Shown piece by piece: positions 1 to 14,930 of a stretch of 64,000 nt of DNA. The notes below the pieces were generated by a model. It ran no database searches. It saw nothing but the letters and a program-made list of their open reading frames with translations, and had not been told where the DNA came from. The stretch lies in NCBI RefSeq assembly GCF_009914755.1, contig NC_060936.1; one strand, 5' to 3'. The DNA is from the human T2T-CHM13v2.0 reference genome, Homo sapiens. A program made the translations under genes and the position numbers. Each line of letters begins with the position of its first letter. The stretch's first letter is position 1.

Positions 1-57
1 TACTTTTGCTGCATCTCAAAAGTTTTGGTAGGTTATGTCTCTATTTTCATTAATTTC

Positions 58-352
58 TTTTTTTTTTTTTTTGAGACAGAGTCTCACTCTGTCATCCAGA
101 CTGCAATGCACTGTTGTGATCTCGCTTACTGCAACCTCCACCTCCTAAGCTCAAGTGATTCTCGTGCCTCAGTTTCCTGAGTAGTTGGGACTATAGGCAC
201 AGGTTACTATGCCCAGCTAATTTTTGTATTTTTACTAGATATGAGGTTTTGTCATATTGGCCAGGCTGCTCTCAATCTCCTGAACTCAAGTGATCAGTCT
301 GTTGCATGCTCCTAAAGTGCTGGGATTAAAGGCATGAGCCACCATGCCCAGC
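58..352 (-). mobile_element. Alu, old (AluJb/Sz-like), full dimer
   Basis: Poly-T, then gagacagagtctcactctgt...gctcaagtgattctc...aaagtgctgggatta...gagccacc. Heavily CpG-decayed. Confidence 0.9.
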
Positions 353-757
353 TCAAATAATTTTTTGATGTCTGCCTTAATTTTGTTGTTTACCCAGGAA
401 TTATTCAGGAGCAAGCTCTGTAGTTTCATATATCTGTGTAGTTTTGAGAGATCTTCTTGATGTTGATTTCTATTTTTAATGCACTGTTGTCCAAGAGTGT
501 GGTGGGTAGTATTTCTACTTTTTTTTGAATTTATTGAGACTTACCTTATTATTGAGCCTATAATGCATCTTAGATTATGTTCCACGTGCAGATGAGAAGA
601 TTGTATATTCTGTAGATGTCTGTAGATTGAATATGCTGTAGATGTCTATTAAACCCAATTTGTCAAGTGTCAAGTTTATGTGCAAAATTTCTTTGTTAGT
701 TTTCTACGTCAGTGGTCTATCTAATGCTTTCAGTGGGGGGGTTAAAATCTCCTGCTA

Positions 758-925
<168 letters not shown>

Positions 926-1567
926 CTATTATTGTGTGGCTAAGTGTGTTTTGAAGGTCAACAAGGACTTGTTTATAAATATGGGTGCTCCAATGATGGG
1001 TGTGTATATATTCAGGATAGCTAAATTTTCTTGTTGAATTGAACCCTTTATTATAATGTAGTGCCCATCTTTGTAGTTCTTGATTTTCGTTGGTTTAAAG
1101 TCTTTTATCTGATATAAGAAAAACAGTTACTGATTCCTTTTATTTTTCTGCTTATGTGTTAGACCTTTCTCCATCCCTTTACTCTGAGCCTGTGGGTGTC
1201 ATTACATATGAGATGGGTTTCTTGAAGACAGTAGACAGTTTGATTTTTTTTTTCCAACTTGCCACTCTGTGCCTTTTAATGATGTGTTTAGAATATTTAT
1301 ATTCAGTGTTAGTATTGATATATGAAAATTTGATGCTGTCATTGTGTTGTTAGCTGGTTGTTTTGTATACTTGATCATGCAGTTTCTTTATAGGGTTGGT
1401 GGGGTATCTGCTTTATTTCATTTCTCTGGTAGCAGGTGTCATTCATTCTTTTCCATGTTTACTACTCCCTTAAGAACCTCTTGTAAAGCTTGTCTAGTTG
1501 TAACAAATACCATCAGCATTTGCTTATCTGAACAGGATTTTATTTCTCCTTCACTTATGAAGCTTAG

Positions 1568-1943
1568 TGATATGGTTTGTCCCCACCCAAATCTCATCTC
1601 AAATTGTAGTTCCCACAATCCCCATGTGTTGTGTAAGGGACCCAGTGGGAGGTTACTGAATCATGGAGGTGGTTACCCCCACACTGCTGTTCTCATGATA
1701 CTGTGTTCCTATGAGATCTGATGGTTTTATAAGGGTTATAAGGGGCTTTTATCTCTTTGCCGGGCACTTCTCTTCCTGCCACCATGTCAAGAATGATGTG
1801 TTTGCTTCCCCTGCTGCCATGATTGTAAGTTTCCTGAGGCCTTCCCAGCCATGCTGAACTATAGGTCAATTAAACCTCTTTTCTTTATAAATTACTCAGT
1901 CTCAGATATGCCCTTATTAGCAGTGTGAGAATGGGCTAATACA
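1568..1943 (+). mobile_element. THE1C-like solo LTR (ERVL-MaLR)
   Basis: tgatatggttt...ctaataca termini with perfect 5-bp TSD CTTAG (1563-1567 / 1944-1948). Confidence 0.93.
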
Positions 1944-2499
1944 CTTAGTTTGAAAGGAAGTGAAATTGTTGATTGGAATTTCTTTTAATTATGCTGAAAA
2001 TAGGCCTCCAATCTCTCCCAGCTTGTAATATTTCTGCTGAGAGGTTCACTGCCAGCCTGAGCAGGGTCCCTTTGAATGTGGTCTGATGGTTCTCTCTAGC
2101 TGAATTTAATAAATATTTTTTTCTTTTACATTGGCCTTGGTGAATCTGATGACTCTGCGCCTTGGTGATTATCATCTTGTAGCGTATCTAGACAGGGTTC
2201 TCTGTATTTCTTAAATTTGCTTGTCAACCTCTAGAGAGATTAGGAAAATTTTATGGAGTATATCATGATATATAATTTCCAAGTTGTTTATTTTGTCTCC
2301 TCTCAGGAATACCAATTAAATGTAAGTGCGGTGTCTTTACATAATCCTATATTTTCAGAAGTTTTGTTCATTTCATAATTATTTTTTATCTGACTGAGTT
2401 GATTCAAAGAACCAGCCTTTGAACTCTAATATTCTTTCCTCAGCTTGGTCTCTTCTGTTAGAATTAACATAATCTTTAAGTGTGAGACTGATGAATGAG

Positions 2500-3040
2500 T
2501 ACACATGTCTTAAAACCAGAATACATATTTTAGAAATGAACTCAATACACATGAAAATTTAGTATATAATAAACATGGCATAATACATTTTGAAGAAAAC
2601 ATATTATTTAGTCAATGGTGATGAGAACAATTTCTATAAAAATAAATTTTGTATAGTCAATGATTAAAAGTAAAATAAGTAAATATAAAAAGTAAAATAT
2701 AAACACATAAGAAAACAAACAAAACTTTTAATAAGCCGTATAGGAAGGAGCAGAATAAATAGAATGTTATATGCTATTTGAACAAACTAGTAAAACAATT
2801 ACTGGTTAAAATATCTAAAAGATTAAAATAATACATGGAGTATTACAAAGTAACTTGTAGTTGTTAAATGGAGATTAAAAACATCCTGTCTTTTGTTAGT
2901 GTAAATGTAATTAGTACAATTTGGAATGCCATTTAGCCACATCTATCAAAATTTTAAATGTCTACACCTGTTCAATCAGCTCTTTGACTTCCAGGAATTT
3001 TTCTTTCAAATACATTTGCAAGTGTGCTTAATGATAAAAT
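2500..3040 (+). mobile_element. Ancient L1ME-type 3' fragments
   Basis: Degenerate matches such as gaaaatttagtatataataaa and atctatcaaaattttaaatg...ttccaggaattt. Confidence 0.5.
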
Positions 3041-3447
3041 GAATAAACAATGTTGTGTTGAGATGTCACCACCTACCACATAACCTAAAAAGATGTTTTG
3101 TTATATTAGAGAAACAAGACCTAGTTAATAGTAGGGGGATATTGGTGGCCATAGCCAACAAGAAGCCATCAAATTTGTGTCAGACAAAAAAGAGAAAAAA
3201 TAAATAGAACTTTCTGTTAAAATAATAGAAAAAAGTTACGAAGTCTTACTAATAATCCCATGAGTTTGAAGGGCATATCAGGACAAACACAGGAAAGATT
3301 TTTCTTTTTTTCTTTATTATCTTTGATTTCCACACCTTTTAATTTCTATGCTGAAATCTGTAGACAGAAAAGCTACTGAAAGTGGCTGCTTATATTTTGG
3401 GAAGAAAATTTAGTTTTAACTTTAATTTGATGTGATGTCTGTGTGCA

Positions 3448-3468
3448 TGTGTGTGTGTGTGTGTGTGT
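3448..3468 (+). repeat. (TG)n microsatellite
   Basis: Directly visible. Confidence 0.9.
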
Positions 3469-4983
3469 TGTGGGGCAGTGGGGGGGTCAAAGAACTATAG
3501 ATTGAGATTCTCCCAAGAAGTCAGAAGTCTATCACAAATATAATAAAGGTACTTGTATGAAAAAAATGAACGGAAAAATGTTTATGTTTCTCTGTGCCAA
3601 AGAGAAAAAGTTTAGAAGCAAACATTTAAGCTTTTCCTTGTCCTCACATTCTACTTTCATTTGTCTTTGTTACTAAAAGTCTAAAGAAGGGAGTCTTTTA
3701 AAATTCTGTTATCTAGCCTCAGCCCCCAGATGAGTATTTTTGCCTGAATATCGATTGAACACTGGTATAGCAATCTTGTTTGAAAACTTCAGAGCAAAAG
3801 GCACTTTATTTACCAGGTATCAAGAACAAACACTTTGAACTCTTTAGCAATACAATACTTATCTGCAAAAGTCAAAGTCTTGTTTGCAAATTCTCTTTGC
3901 TCCTAAAATGATGAGAGTTACAATATGCACAAATGACCTTCTCTCTGAGCCACATTAGTAGCTTATTCAGCATGGTGACCTTTCCCTCCACAGATGCTAC
4001 TGTAAATCAATGATGAAGATGCCAGATCCCAGTTCAGGGTTCAGTATCATCATTTTCTCTTTTTAATGAAAGAGCCTAAACACTGTGTTATGAAGCTTTC
4101 CATCAAATTGAGTATCCCTGCTATCTTCTGCAATAAAACCTATTTTTGTTCCTTTCTAAATTTATTGCTATAGCTGACACTTGCCCTCTCATAAACATTG
4201 AGAAAGGACAGTGATTCTCTTTCCTTTTCATGTCTCTCTACTTCACATTAATACATGTTTTAAAACATATATTATATTTTAAATTAATACATCCTGATAG
4301 TTGGAGGAGGAGAAAAAAGATGGGGGCTTCCAAGTATATTAAGATATTTGAGAATAAGGTAAATTAGTCATGGTGGATTTAATTTACTTTAATGTAGTCA
4401 CTTTTTATCCATCACTGACTAATAAATGCTGAAATTTAGGGATGACTTTAACCTTTATAAGGAAGAATTTGACCCTAAAGGCAAATAAAAGGTCTCAATA
4501 ATTAACTAATAGATGAGGGAAAAGTTTCATGTTTGCATCCCATCCTCTTACAATGATTATAAAGTAGGATCCAATAAATGATTAGCTCAGTAATGAGTTT
4601 CTAAATATTTCCAGTTTTTGTAAGGAGGAAGATGTGCTAGTGAAATTCAACAACCTTAATTTGCATGGGATTAGAAGTTGGCAGGCAAAGTGCTCAAACA
4701 TATATAGTTCCTGCAAAAGTATTGTTTGAATTTTTTAGCTCCTTAATTGTTTTAAAGCCTTCTAGTGTTATATTGTAAATGTAAAATAATGTTATTCTTT
4801 ATATTTTGATGGTCACTAGATAAGACTAAATGAATAAACAGTAGATAAGTAGAGGAAGGATGTTATATAAAAGATGCACTTACAGACACTGTGATGAATA
4901 GATACTTGTAACTATCAATGGAACAAACATTTTCTTAAATATTTTCCCTAAATGTCATTATCCTCATGGAATTTATTACTATG

Positions 4984-5394
4984 CAGTCATGTACTGCGCA
5001 ATGCCCTTTCAGTCAACAATGGACTGCATATAAGACAGTGGTCCCACAGGATTATAGTGAAGCTAAAAATTTAATATTGCCAGTGACTTCATAGCTATTG
5101 ATTGACTTAGTCATTGTAGTGCAACACAATCCATTATCTTTTCTATGTTTACATAGATTTAGATACACAAATATTTACCACTGTGGTACAATTGCCTATA
5201 GTATTCAATGCAATAACATGTTGTACAGATTTGAAGCCTTGGAGAGCAATAGGCTACACCACATAGTCTATGTGTGTAGTTGGGTATACTATCTAGGTAT
5301 ATTCATGTACATTCTTATATTAATATTTGCACAACAACAGAATTGGCTATGAGATTTTCAGAAGGTATTCTCATTGTTAAGTGATGAATAATTG
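4984..5394 (+). mobile_element. Tigger3 (Golem)-derived non-autonomous DNA transposon
   Basis: Left TIR cagtcatg..., core gtggtccca...caattgcctatagtattca...gcaataggcta, degenerate right TIR followed by TA. Confidence 0.85.
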
Positions 5395-5509
5395 TACTTT
5401 ATTCCTGTCAGTTTTAAAAGCTACTATTTTCTGGTATAATAATTATCCTTCTATTTTTAATTTATTTAGATTTTCTATATCTCTTAAAATATAATCTATT
5501 TTCTCTTTT

Positions 5510-6055
5510 TAAATTTTGAAAGTAATATATCATCATTATAAATAGTTTTTAAAATATAGAGTGGTGCATATGAAAAACAATGCACTCATAATCCCAATGC
5601 CTTGAGGAAATTACTACCCACATGATAACTGTCTCTTTCCAATATTTGTTACCACACAAATATCCATATACTTACCTTTTGCAATGCAATGGGATCTGAC
5701 TGTATAACAATTTTTTAAATATTAACATCTTATTTGATCATTTTACTGAAGTATTTGAGTCTGAAATACTATTTTAATTGCCACAAAAGATACATCATAT
5801 GTATTGTTATACCTTGATTTACTTACCCATTCTTCTAGTTTTAGTTAGATAGTTTAAAAAATGGGTTCTTGTATTTGAAAATCAATGTCTTATTAATTAT
5901 GCCATTGGAAGTGATTTCTCAAACTATTCTCTAGAAATATTTACTAATATTATATCCACCATTTATGTATTAGGGTATATCTCTTACTGTAGCTTGCATT
6001 AATTTTTTAAAAACCTCTGCTGATCTGATATGTGGAACCATGATATCTTTCTTTT
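5510..6055 (-). mobile_element. Ancient L1ME-type 3' fragment
   Basis: Weak resemblance to antisense L1ME 3' end. Confidence 0.4.
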
Positions 6056-7261
6056 AATACAGATTACAAACTTTAGTTCCATAATTTTCACCTATGATAT
6101 TTACACACGTACACATACATTTGATGAAGTGATTGGGGAGACAAGTCTTTAATAGTCTATCTGCAGGGCAACATGCATGCAGAAGGTTCTTCTTAGGAAA
6201 AAAGGAAACTTGAGAAAAAAATACAATGAGAAGAAAAGTGCATGCCATTCTCTAATATTGATTTAGGGTATAACCCAATGAATCCTTAAAGGGGTAATGC
6301 ATATATATAATTGATGACTCTTTGGAAGAGTTGGAAATTTGGGGGCAATGCAGTACTATTTTTAGGCCCAGGATATAAAGAATGGTAAATTGATGGGAAA
6401 ATAGGCTTCTGACATTTAAGAACATGTAAACTTGTGGTATATCTTCATGGAACACCACAATTTAAATATATGATCTCATATGTGTTCAACATGGTTTGTT
6501 CATTGGTTTGCTAGTTTTTTAAATCAATCTATTCTTAAGGCAATATCAGCTGGTATTAAATAGCTTTCTATATATTTTTTAATCTATAAGATATATTCAC
6601 ATATTTATCCTTCCAAATGAACTTCCTAAACACTATTTTTTAAAGTAACATAGGAAGACAAAAAATTTAATTTTGAATGAAATTTATATATTAACAAGTA
6701 TTTCCCTTTATATATTAACATGTAATATATAAAAATTTAACAAGTTTATATATTAACAAGTAATTCTCTTTCTTTACCTACCTCAGGCCTTTCTTCTCTT
6801 CACAGGATGAGATGAGATTTTGTTCACTTATGTGTCCTTCCTTAAATATTTTATGTATATGCAAGCATATATATGTTTGTAATTATATGTATATGTATCT
6901 TTATGTACAAATATTGATATAGATATTTTTAACAATTGTAATTTTTTCTACCTTCTTCCCACTTATTTACTAGTTCAGCATAAAATATTAACATTAATTT
7001 CCTTTTTGACTTATACTTTTGGTAAATATAGCTAAATATTTGGCTATAAAAATTTTTCTGCCAAAGATTTAGGTTTTTTTAAAATCTACTACATATTGCT
7101 AAAACACTATCAGAGAAATCTCAGCACTATAAATTCATATAGACATAATTGAACTTTCCTTAGATTTACAATTAGTAATGGTGAAGAAGATACTTTTAAT
7201 GCTTATCTGAATTCTGCTCTCTCATTATTTTGGGTACAGTGGACATTAAACTCTCACTACC

Positions 7262-8145
<884 letters not shown>

Positions 8146-9805
8146 TTCTCCCTTGCAATTGGGCAGGGCCATATAGTTACTAGACATTCTGTTTTTGGTA
8201 GAAGTGATATGCCTCATTCTGGGCTGGAGCATTAAATTATGAGTGTGAGGCCTTTTATTGTTTCTTTCTCTTTGAGATGGTAAAAAATATATATATATAT
8301 ATATATTCGAGAGAGCGAAGACTTATAAGGATGAGGCTAACAGTCAGAATGATGTGGAGCAAAGCACTGGGCTGAGACAAGATGGAATTTATATGGTAAG
8401 AAGTGAACTTTTAATTGTCTTAGCCATTAAAATTTTAAGGTGTTAGGCTATTGCAGCATAATAGCAAGGCAATCTTGACGTACATAAATATTATACTTTT
8501 GCTGTGCTGAAAATCAGTTAATATTGCATGAAGGGTATTTATATAACAGATTAATAACAATAATTACTTAGCATGCATGGAAAATTGCATTACCCATCAT
8601 TTATACTTAAAATTTTAATGGTCATATTTTATTAGAACATAATATAGGATACTGCATGGTTTTGTTTTTTTCTTACAAATAATACTGACAGCCTTGACAA
8701 GTTATTACAAAGAATATGAAGTAAATCAAAATATTCAATAACATGAGAAAATATTTTCATAAACCTTTCTGAGAGTTGATTATATATGTAAGAATCATCA
8801 TTTGAGAATATTTTCAAAATTAGGGGGTTGGTAGATATTAACAATCAGTTACTGAATAAAAAGCTGATGTAATTAAAATGGCATGAGTGGATGGCCTTTC
8901 CCTCCACTTTTTATTAACATTGGACTATGTGTTGACTACATACTACAGGACATGACTTATTAGCTAAGCTTAGCAACGGAAGTGTCAGAACAAAACTGAA
9001 GTTGGATGCAGCTCGATGTGACAACCTAATATTTACTCAAAGTAATAAACATGGCCAAGAAACTAAAGAAATATTCAAATGTCTCAAAAATGTACTTTAT
9101 TGCAGAGGAAATTTATGGATCCAAGTTAACTTTATCTCTTTTCTTAGAGATTTTCAATTGGAATGTGGATATATTTGCTGTTACGTTCAAAGAACAAAAA
9201 TGAGAGCTAAATATTTTAATAATTTTTATTTTCTAATCTGTTTTTTTAAAATTTTTCCCTTAAAATCTTAAGAGATTATTACAAAGCTTAATTTCCCAGT
9301 GAAATCTTAGAAAGTCGAGGCCTAAATATTGAAACTTTTTCCTGATATTATAGCTATTATGAATTTTAAAAGGTACAATAAACTAAAATATGCTGTATAA
9401 ATTTTCTTTTGGTTTTGCAAAAGACTAAACCTATTTTCTACCACTAATTTATATTCTGTTTTAAAGTGCAATCAATAAAATAAAAACTTTTTCTATAAAT
9501 ATTTTCAAATTATTATATAAATGCTGGTGCCTAGGATATGTTTGAATAATTTTATGATTGTATAGTTGATAAACACAGCCTTTCCTAATTGCTATTAATG
9601 TGGCTTGGTGTTTCTATGTTTTCTGATTTGGTGGGAAAATCTGTTGAATGTCAGGGTCTTTGCATTCTATAGTTTCCTATATAGGCTCAATTTAAAATTA
9701 ATATAATTAACCATAATACCTTCTTTCTATTTTGTATCTAGCTATATCACAGTTTTATTAATGCTAGAGTTATAGGGAAATATATTTAATGAACTTAGTA
9801 AAGTA

Positions 9806-10500
9806 TTTTTAAAATCAATTTTATTTTAAAATCTAAGTTTTAGATTTACAGAAAATTTTTGAAGATAGAACAGAAAGAATACCTATATATTTACATCCAA
9901 TTTCCTCTATTACTAACATCTAATATTAGCATGGTACATTTGGTATAATTGATGAACTGATATTAATACATTATTATTAACTAAAAAGTCTATAGTGTAT
10001 TCAAATTTCTTAATTTTTATCTAATATTCTTCTTCTGTGCCCAGATCCCATTAAAGGTATCATATTACTTTTTTTAGTCTCAGGATTCTTAAGCAGTAAG
10101 AGTAGCCCTGAATTTCTTTATGTAAATGACCTTGAAAGTCTAGGGGACTTTCTGGTCAGGTGTCTTATAAAATGTCTATAAGTCAGTATATCTTTGATGA
10201 ATTTTACATTATTAGACTGGGTTTATATTTTGCTTTGTTTTGTAATTTACAGAGTGGGTGGAGAAGACCATAAAGATAAAGTACCAATTTCATCACATAT
10301 ATGGGCATATATATGAACATGACTTAACATTGCTGATGTTAGCAGTTGGCTAAGGTTGTGTTTGTCAGGTTTCTCTGCTGGAAAGTTAGCCTTTTCTCCC
10401 TATGCCTACTCTATCTACACTTTAGAATGACGTCACTACGTCCAGCCACACTTGAGTGTGCATAAATGCTTCACTTTCTTGATGCCAGAGTAATTGCACA
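9806..10500 (-). mobile_element. L1MC4-like 3' end
   Basis: ttttagatttacagaaaa...catggtacatttg...atacattattattaactaaa...ctggtcaggt. Confidence 0.7.
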
Positions 10501-11044
10501 AATGATTAAATGATGTTTTAGGTACTCTACATACTTCTGAAAAGGTGCCTTAGAAAGCATTGTTTGTAGCCATCACATACTAGAATGATTTCTGTAAATT
10601 AATCATGAAGGTGAGAGTCTGCGAGTAACTGTACACATTCTTATTGTTGAAAATGTTTTTTCCACTAACTGAAATCAAACCGAGAGTTTACTATACCAGG
10701 TATCATCAAACTTATGTACATAAAAATCATGAGTTCAGATGTGGTCTCCTAAATATGATAAAAGGTTTTGATGCATCGTACATTTAGAAACAATGTACAA
10801 GATACCATATATCCAACTATGTATCTACTGCCTTATATGTGTTTTATACTAATCAGATTCCCAAATTTTATAGATTAAATAATTTTCTTATATAATTCTC
10901 ACAGGAAGAGTGGTATGCTATAAAACCTACGTTCCCTCATTCCCTAAGCAGTTATTTCTCTAGTGTCTCATATTAAATTTTTTTTTGCTTTGAGTACAAA
11001 CTTGATTATGAAATTTGGTATATTAATTCAAAACCTCCCGATAT

Positions 11045-11081
11045 TTGTTAGCTTTCTCCAGAGGAACATAACCAATAGGAT

Positions 11082-11121
<40 letters not shown>

Positions 11122-11150
11122 GCATATATACATATCTACACATATATATT
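11045..11150. mobile_element. MLT2-like LTR terminal fragment with (CA)n at 11084-11118
   Basis: ttctccagaggaacataaccaatagga directly followed by a dinucleotide repeat, as is typical of MLT2 LTR ends. Confidence 0.55.
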
Positions 11151-11154
11151 TGCA

Positions 11155-14100
11155 TTCTTGAGTCTCCCTAGACCAAAGAAAGCAAAGAGGTAGATATACA
11201 ACAAGCCTACTTCCAGTAGCTGTCTCTTCATGATCACAGGGTGCAGTATGAATGAAAGTGCAGGCATTTGTCTCAGGTTTTCTCTTAGTCTTAGTGCAGA
11301 GAGTGTGAAAGTTAAACATCCACTCGCAGCTTCACATGAGTATAGAAAGACCTGGAATAAATATCTGACAACCTACCTTTCCAGCAACATCTAAAGGATA
11401 TGTATTCTACCTTACCTATTTTGAGGAACCAGCACGATATAGTACATTCTAATCCAGGACCAGCAAAAACAGAAGCAGGGGTTTAAACAATCAATCACAA
11501 ATATTTGAGGAGTATCTCAAACTATCTGACTGGACAAATTGGTGAGATCCTTCTCCTACATGAGGCAGGTCTGACAAGACTGGGAGAAGCTATTGTCTTC
11601 CATAATGTGCAGGAAGCAACAGACATTCAGGAGAAATGAAGAAGCAGGGAAATATATTAGAAATAAAATAATAAGATAAATTATCAGAAACTGACCCTAG
11701 TGAAATAAAGATATGTGATTCACCCAGCATAGGATTAAAAATAATGGTCATAAGGATACCTATCAAGATCAAGAGAGAAATGCAAGAGCAAATTGAAAAT
11801 TTCAACGAAAAAAATAGAAGGTATAAAAAAGCACCAAACAAACATAAATCATAGAGCTAAAGAATATTATAACTGAACTAAAATTCAATAGAAGGTTTCA
11901 GCAGTGAACTAGATCAAGAAGAAAAAGAATCTGTGAATTCAAACACAGGTCACTGGAAACCATCGAATATGAGGAGAAAATGAAATTAAAAAGGAACAAA
12001 AGTAGTTTAAGGGGTTTATAGAATACTAACAAGCACAACAATACGCATTATCAGAATTGAAGAAAGGAAAGACAGGAAGAAAGTGTAAACATATTTATGC
12101 AAATAAAAGCACAAAACTTCCTAAGGCGGGGGAAGAGAACAGAAATCTAGAATCAGGAATCTCAGAACAGCAGATAAGATATCCATAGAGACACAATATA
12201 ATTAAATTGTCAAAAGTAAAGACAAAGAAAGAATTTTGAAAACAGCAAGGGAAATGCTACTTGTCACATACAAGAAGAATCCATAAAACTATCAGCAAAG
12301 TTTTCAGCAGAAACCTTGCACATTAGAATGGAATGAGATGATGTATTCAATATCCTGAAAGAAGAAAACTGCCAACAAAAATATGATGTCAGCAATCCTG
12401 TTTTCCAAATATAAATGGGAGATAAAGACTTTCTCAAACAAAAGTTGAAGAAGTTTATCAACATGGGACTTACCTTTCAAAACAGTCTAATGTTATAAAT
12501 CAATATGTAAATCAATTATAACTCTAGTAAAACCTTAAAAGACAAAACTATTTATTTATTTTATTATTATACTTTAAGTTTTAGGGTACATGTGCACAAC
12601 GTGCAGGTTTGTTACATATGTATACATGTGCCATGTTGGTGTGCTGCACCCATTAACTCGTCATTTAGCATTAGGTATATCTCCTAATGCTATCCCTCCC
12701 ACCTCCCCCCACCCCACAACAGTCCCCGGTGTGTGATGTTCCCCTTTCTGTGTCCATGTGTTCTCATTGTTCAATTCCTTAAACCAACTATAGCTATAGT
12801 AGTTTGTTAATGGATACAAATTATAAAAAGATGCATATAATGTATTATATAAAGATGTATGTGAGGAATACATAAAGTCTGAAAGTGAAGAAATAAAAAG
12901 TTATTCTATGTAAAAGGTAGCCAAAGAAAGCACAAGTGATTATAATTCCACAAAATGGATTTAAATAAAAAACTATCTCTAGGGATGAAGTTCATTATCC
13001 AATGAGACAGTCAATTTAACTAGAAGATATAATAATTATAAGCATATATGCACCCAGTATCAAAGCACCTAAATATATAAACAAACATTGGCAGATATAA
13101 AGAGAGGAACTGATAGCACTATATTAATAGTAGGATACTACAATATTCCACTTTCAATAATGAATGGAATATCCATACAGCTGACTTGAACACTGTTACA
13201 GACCAAAAGGAACTGACAGACATATTTATAACTTTCCAACCAACAGCAGATTACACATTCTTTTCAAGAGCACACAGACAATTCACCAGAACAGATTATA
13301 TGTTAACTACAAAAAAAGTCTTGACAAACTGAAGAAGATACAAATCATTCCAAGTACCTTTTCAGAACACAGTGAAATGAAACTAGCAATTAGTAACAGT
13401 GAGAAAATTGGAAAATTAATTTTCATAAAAACTGAAGCACACATTTTTGGGTAATCATTGGATCAATGAGTAAAATCAAAAGGTAATTTTAAAAATATAT
13501 TCAGGCAAAACAAAATGAAGATACAACACAATGAAATGCATTTTGTGCATGAAAAGCAGCATTAAGACAAAGGTTTATAGTAATAAATGCCTGCATTAAA
13601 AAATCAAATAAGGAACCCAACTTTAAACCTCAAGGAACAATATACAGTACAAATAAGCAAAAAGTTATCAGTAGGAAGAAAATAATAAAAATTAGAGGTA
13701 AAATAAAGCAAACAGAGAACAGAAAAAAATAAAAGAAACGAATAGTTATGTAGTTTTTAAAAAAAATAAAATAAATAAGCCCTTATCTAAACTAAGAAAA
13801 AAAGAGAACACTCAAGTAAACAAAATTAAAAATGAAAAAGGAGACATTACAGTGAACATCTCAGAAATAAAAAAGGATCATTAGGGACTTTAATAACTAA
13901 TTACATGCCAACAAATTGGATGGTTGGGAAAAATGGATATCCACCTGCAAAAAAAAAAAAAAAAGAAAGAAAAAAGAAAAAATAATTGGACTCCCATAGA
14001 ATACACAAAAATCAACTCAAAATACATTAAAGACTAAAATATAAGCCATGAAACTATAAAACTAGTAGAAGCAAAAATAAACAAATGAGACTATATTAAA

Positions 14101-14863
14101 CTAAAATGCTAATGCAATACAAAAGAAACAGTCAACAAAATAAAAAGGCCACAAAAAATTTGGGATACAATATTTGAAAATTATATATTTTATAAGAGGC
14201 TAATATCTAAAATATGTGGGGAACTTCTACAACAACTTAAAAGCAAAAACACCACAAATAACCTGAATATAAAATGGGCAAATGACCTGAATAGACATTT
14301 TTCCAAAGAAAACCTACAAATTCCCAGCAGATATAAATGAACAAATGTTATAGATATAGATATACACATATAATGGGATATGATTCATCCTTAAAGAGAA
14401 AGGAAATCTTTCCATTTATGACAACATGGATGAACCTAGAGGATAATATGCTAAATAAAATAAGTCAGACACAGGAAGATGAATACTCTATGGTCTTGCT
14501 TATATGTGCCATCTAAAAAACTCAAATTAATTGAAACAGGTAATAAAATGATGGTTACCGGCGCAAGGAAAAGGAGAGGTGTTGGTTAAAGGTGCAAAGT
14601 TTCAATTTTGTAGAAAGAATAAGTTATAGCGATCTAATATATAGCATGGTGATTATAGTTAACAATACTGTATTGTACACCTGAAATTTGCTAATAGCGT
14701 ACATTTTTAGTGTTCTCACCACGTATATAAAAAAGATAAAAATGTGAGGTCATGAATATGCTAATTAGCTTGATTTGGGTAACCTTTTCACAATGTCTGT
14801 GTGTATATACATGTTATGTGTCTTAAATATATACAATTTTTATTTAAAAAAAATAAAAAAAAA
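11155..14863 (+). mobile_element. L1MA8/9-like element (5' region, ORF1, EN, internally deleted ORF2, 3'UTR, poly-A)
   Basis: ORF1-like actatcagca...tttcagcagaaaccttgca; 3' end acaacatggatgaacctagagga...ctaattagcttgatt...aaatatatacaatttttattt plus A-tail. Confidence 0.8.
12551..12778 (-). mobile_element. Young 5'-truncated L1PA3-like 3' end
   Basis: Near-perfect match to hominoid L1 3'UTR: tatactttaagttttagggtacatgtgcacaacgtgcaggtttgttacatatg...catttagcattaggtatatctcctaatgc. Confidence 0.92.
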
Positions 14864-14930
14864 TAGAGCTTTGAAGATAGACTTGAAATATAAAATATGC
14901 AACAAGCTTCTTTTTTTTTTTTTTTTTTCT

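Noticed and set aside
4009-4100. ATGATGA box-C-like motif (similar TGATGA at ~6122)
   Set aside because: No suitably placed box D or terminal stem, so no snoRNA support.
6765-6840. Strong polypyrimidine tract plus CAG (possible splice acceptor at ~6805)
   Set aside because: No convincing donor or coding frame follows; not supportable without transcript data.
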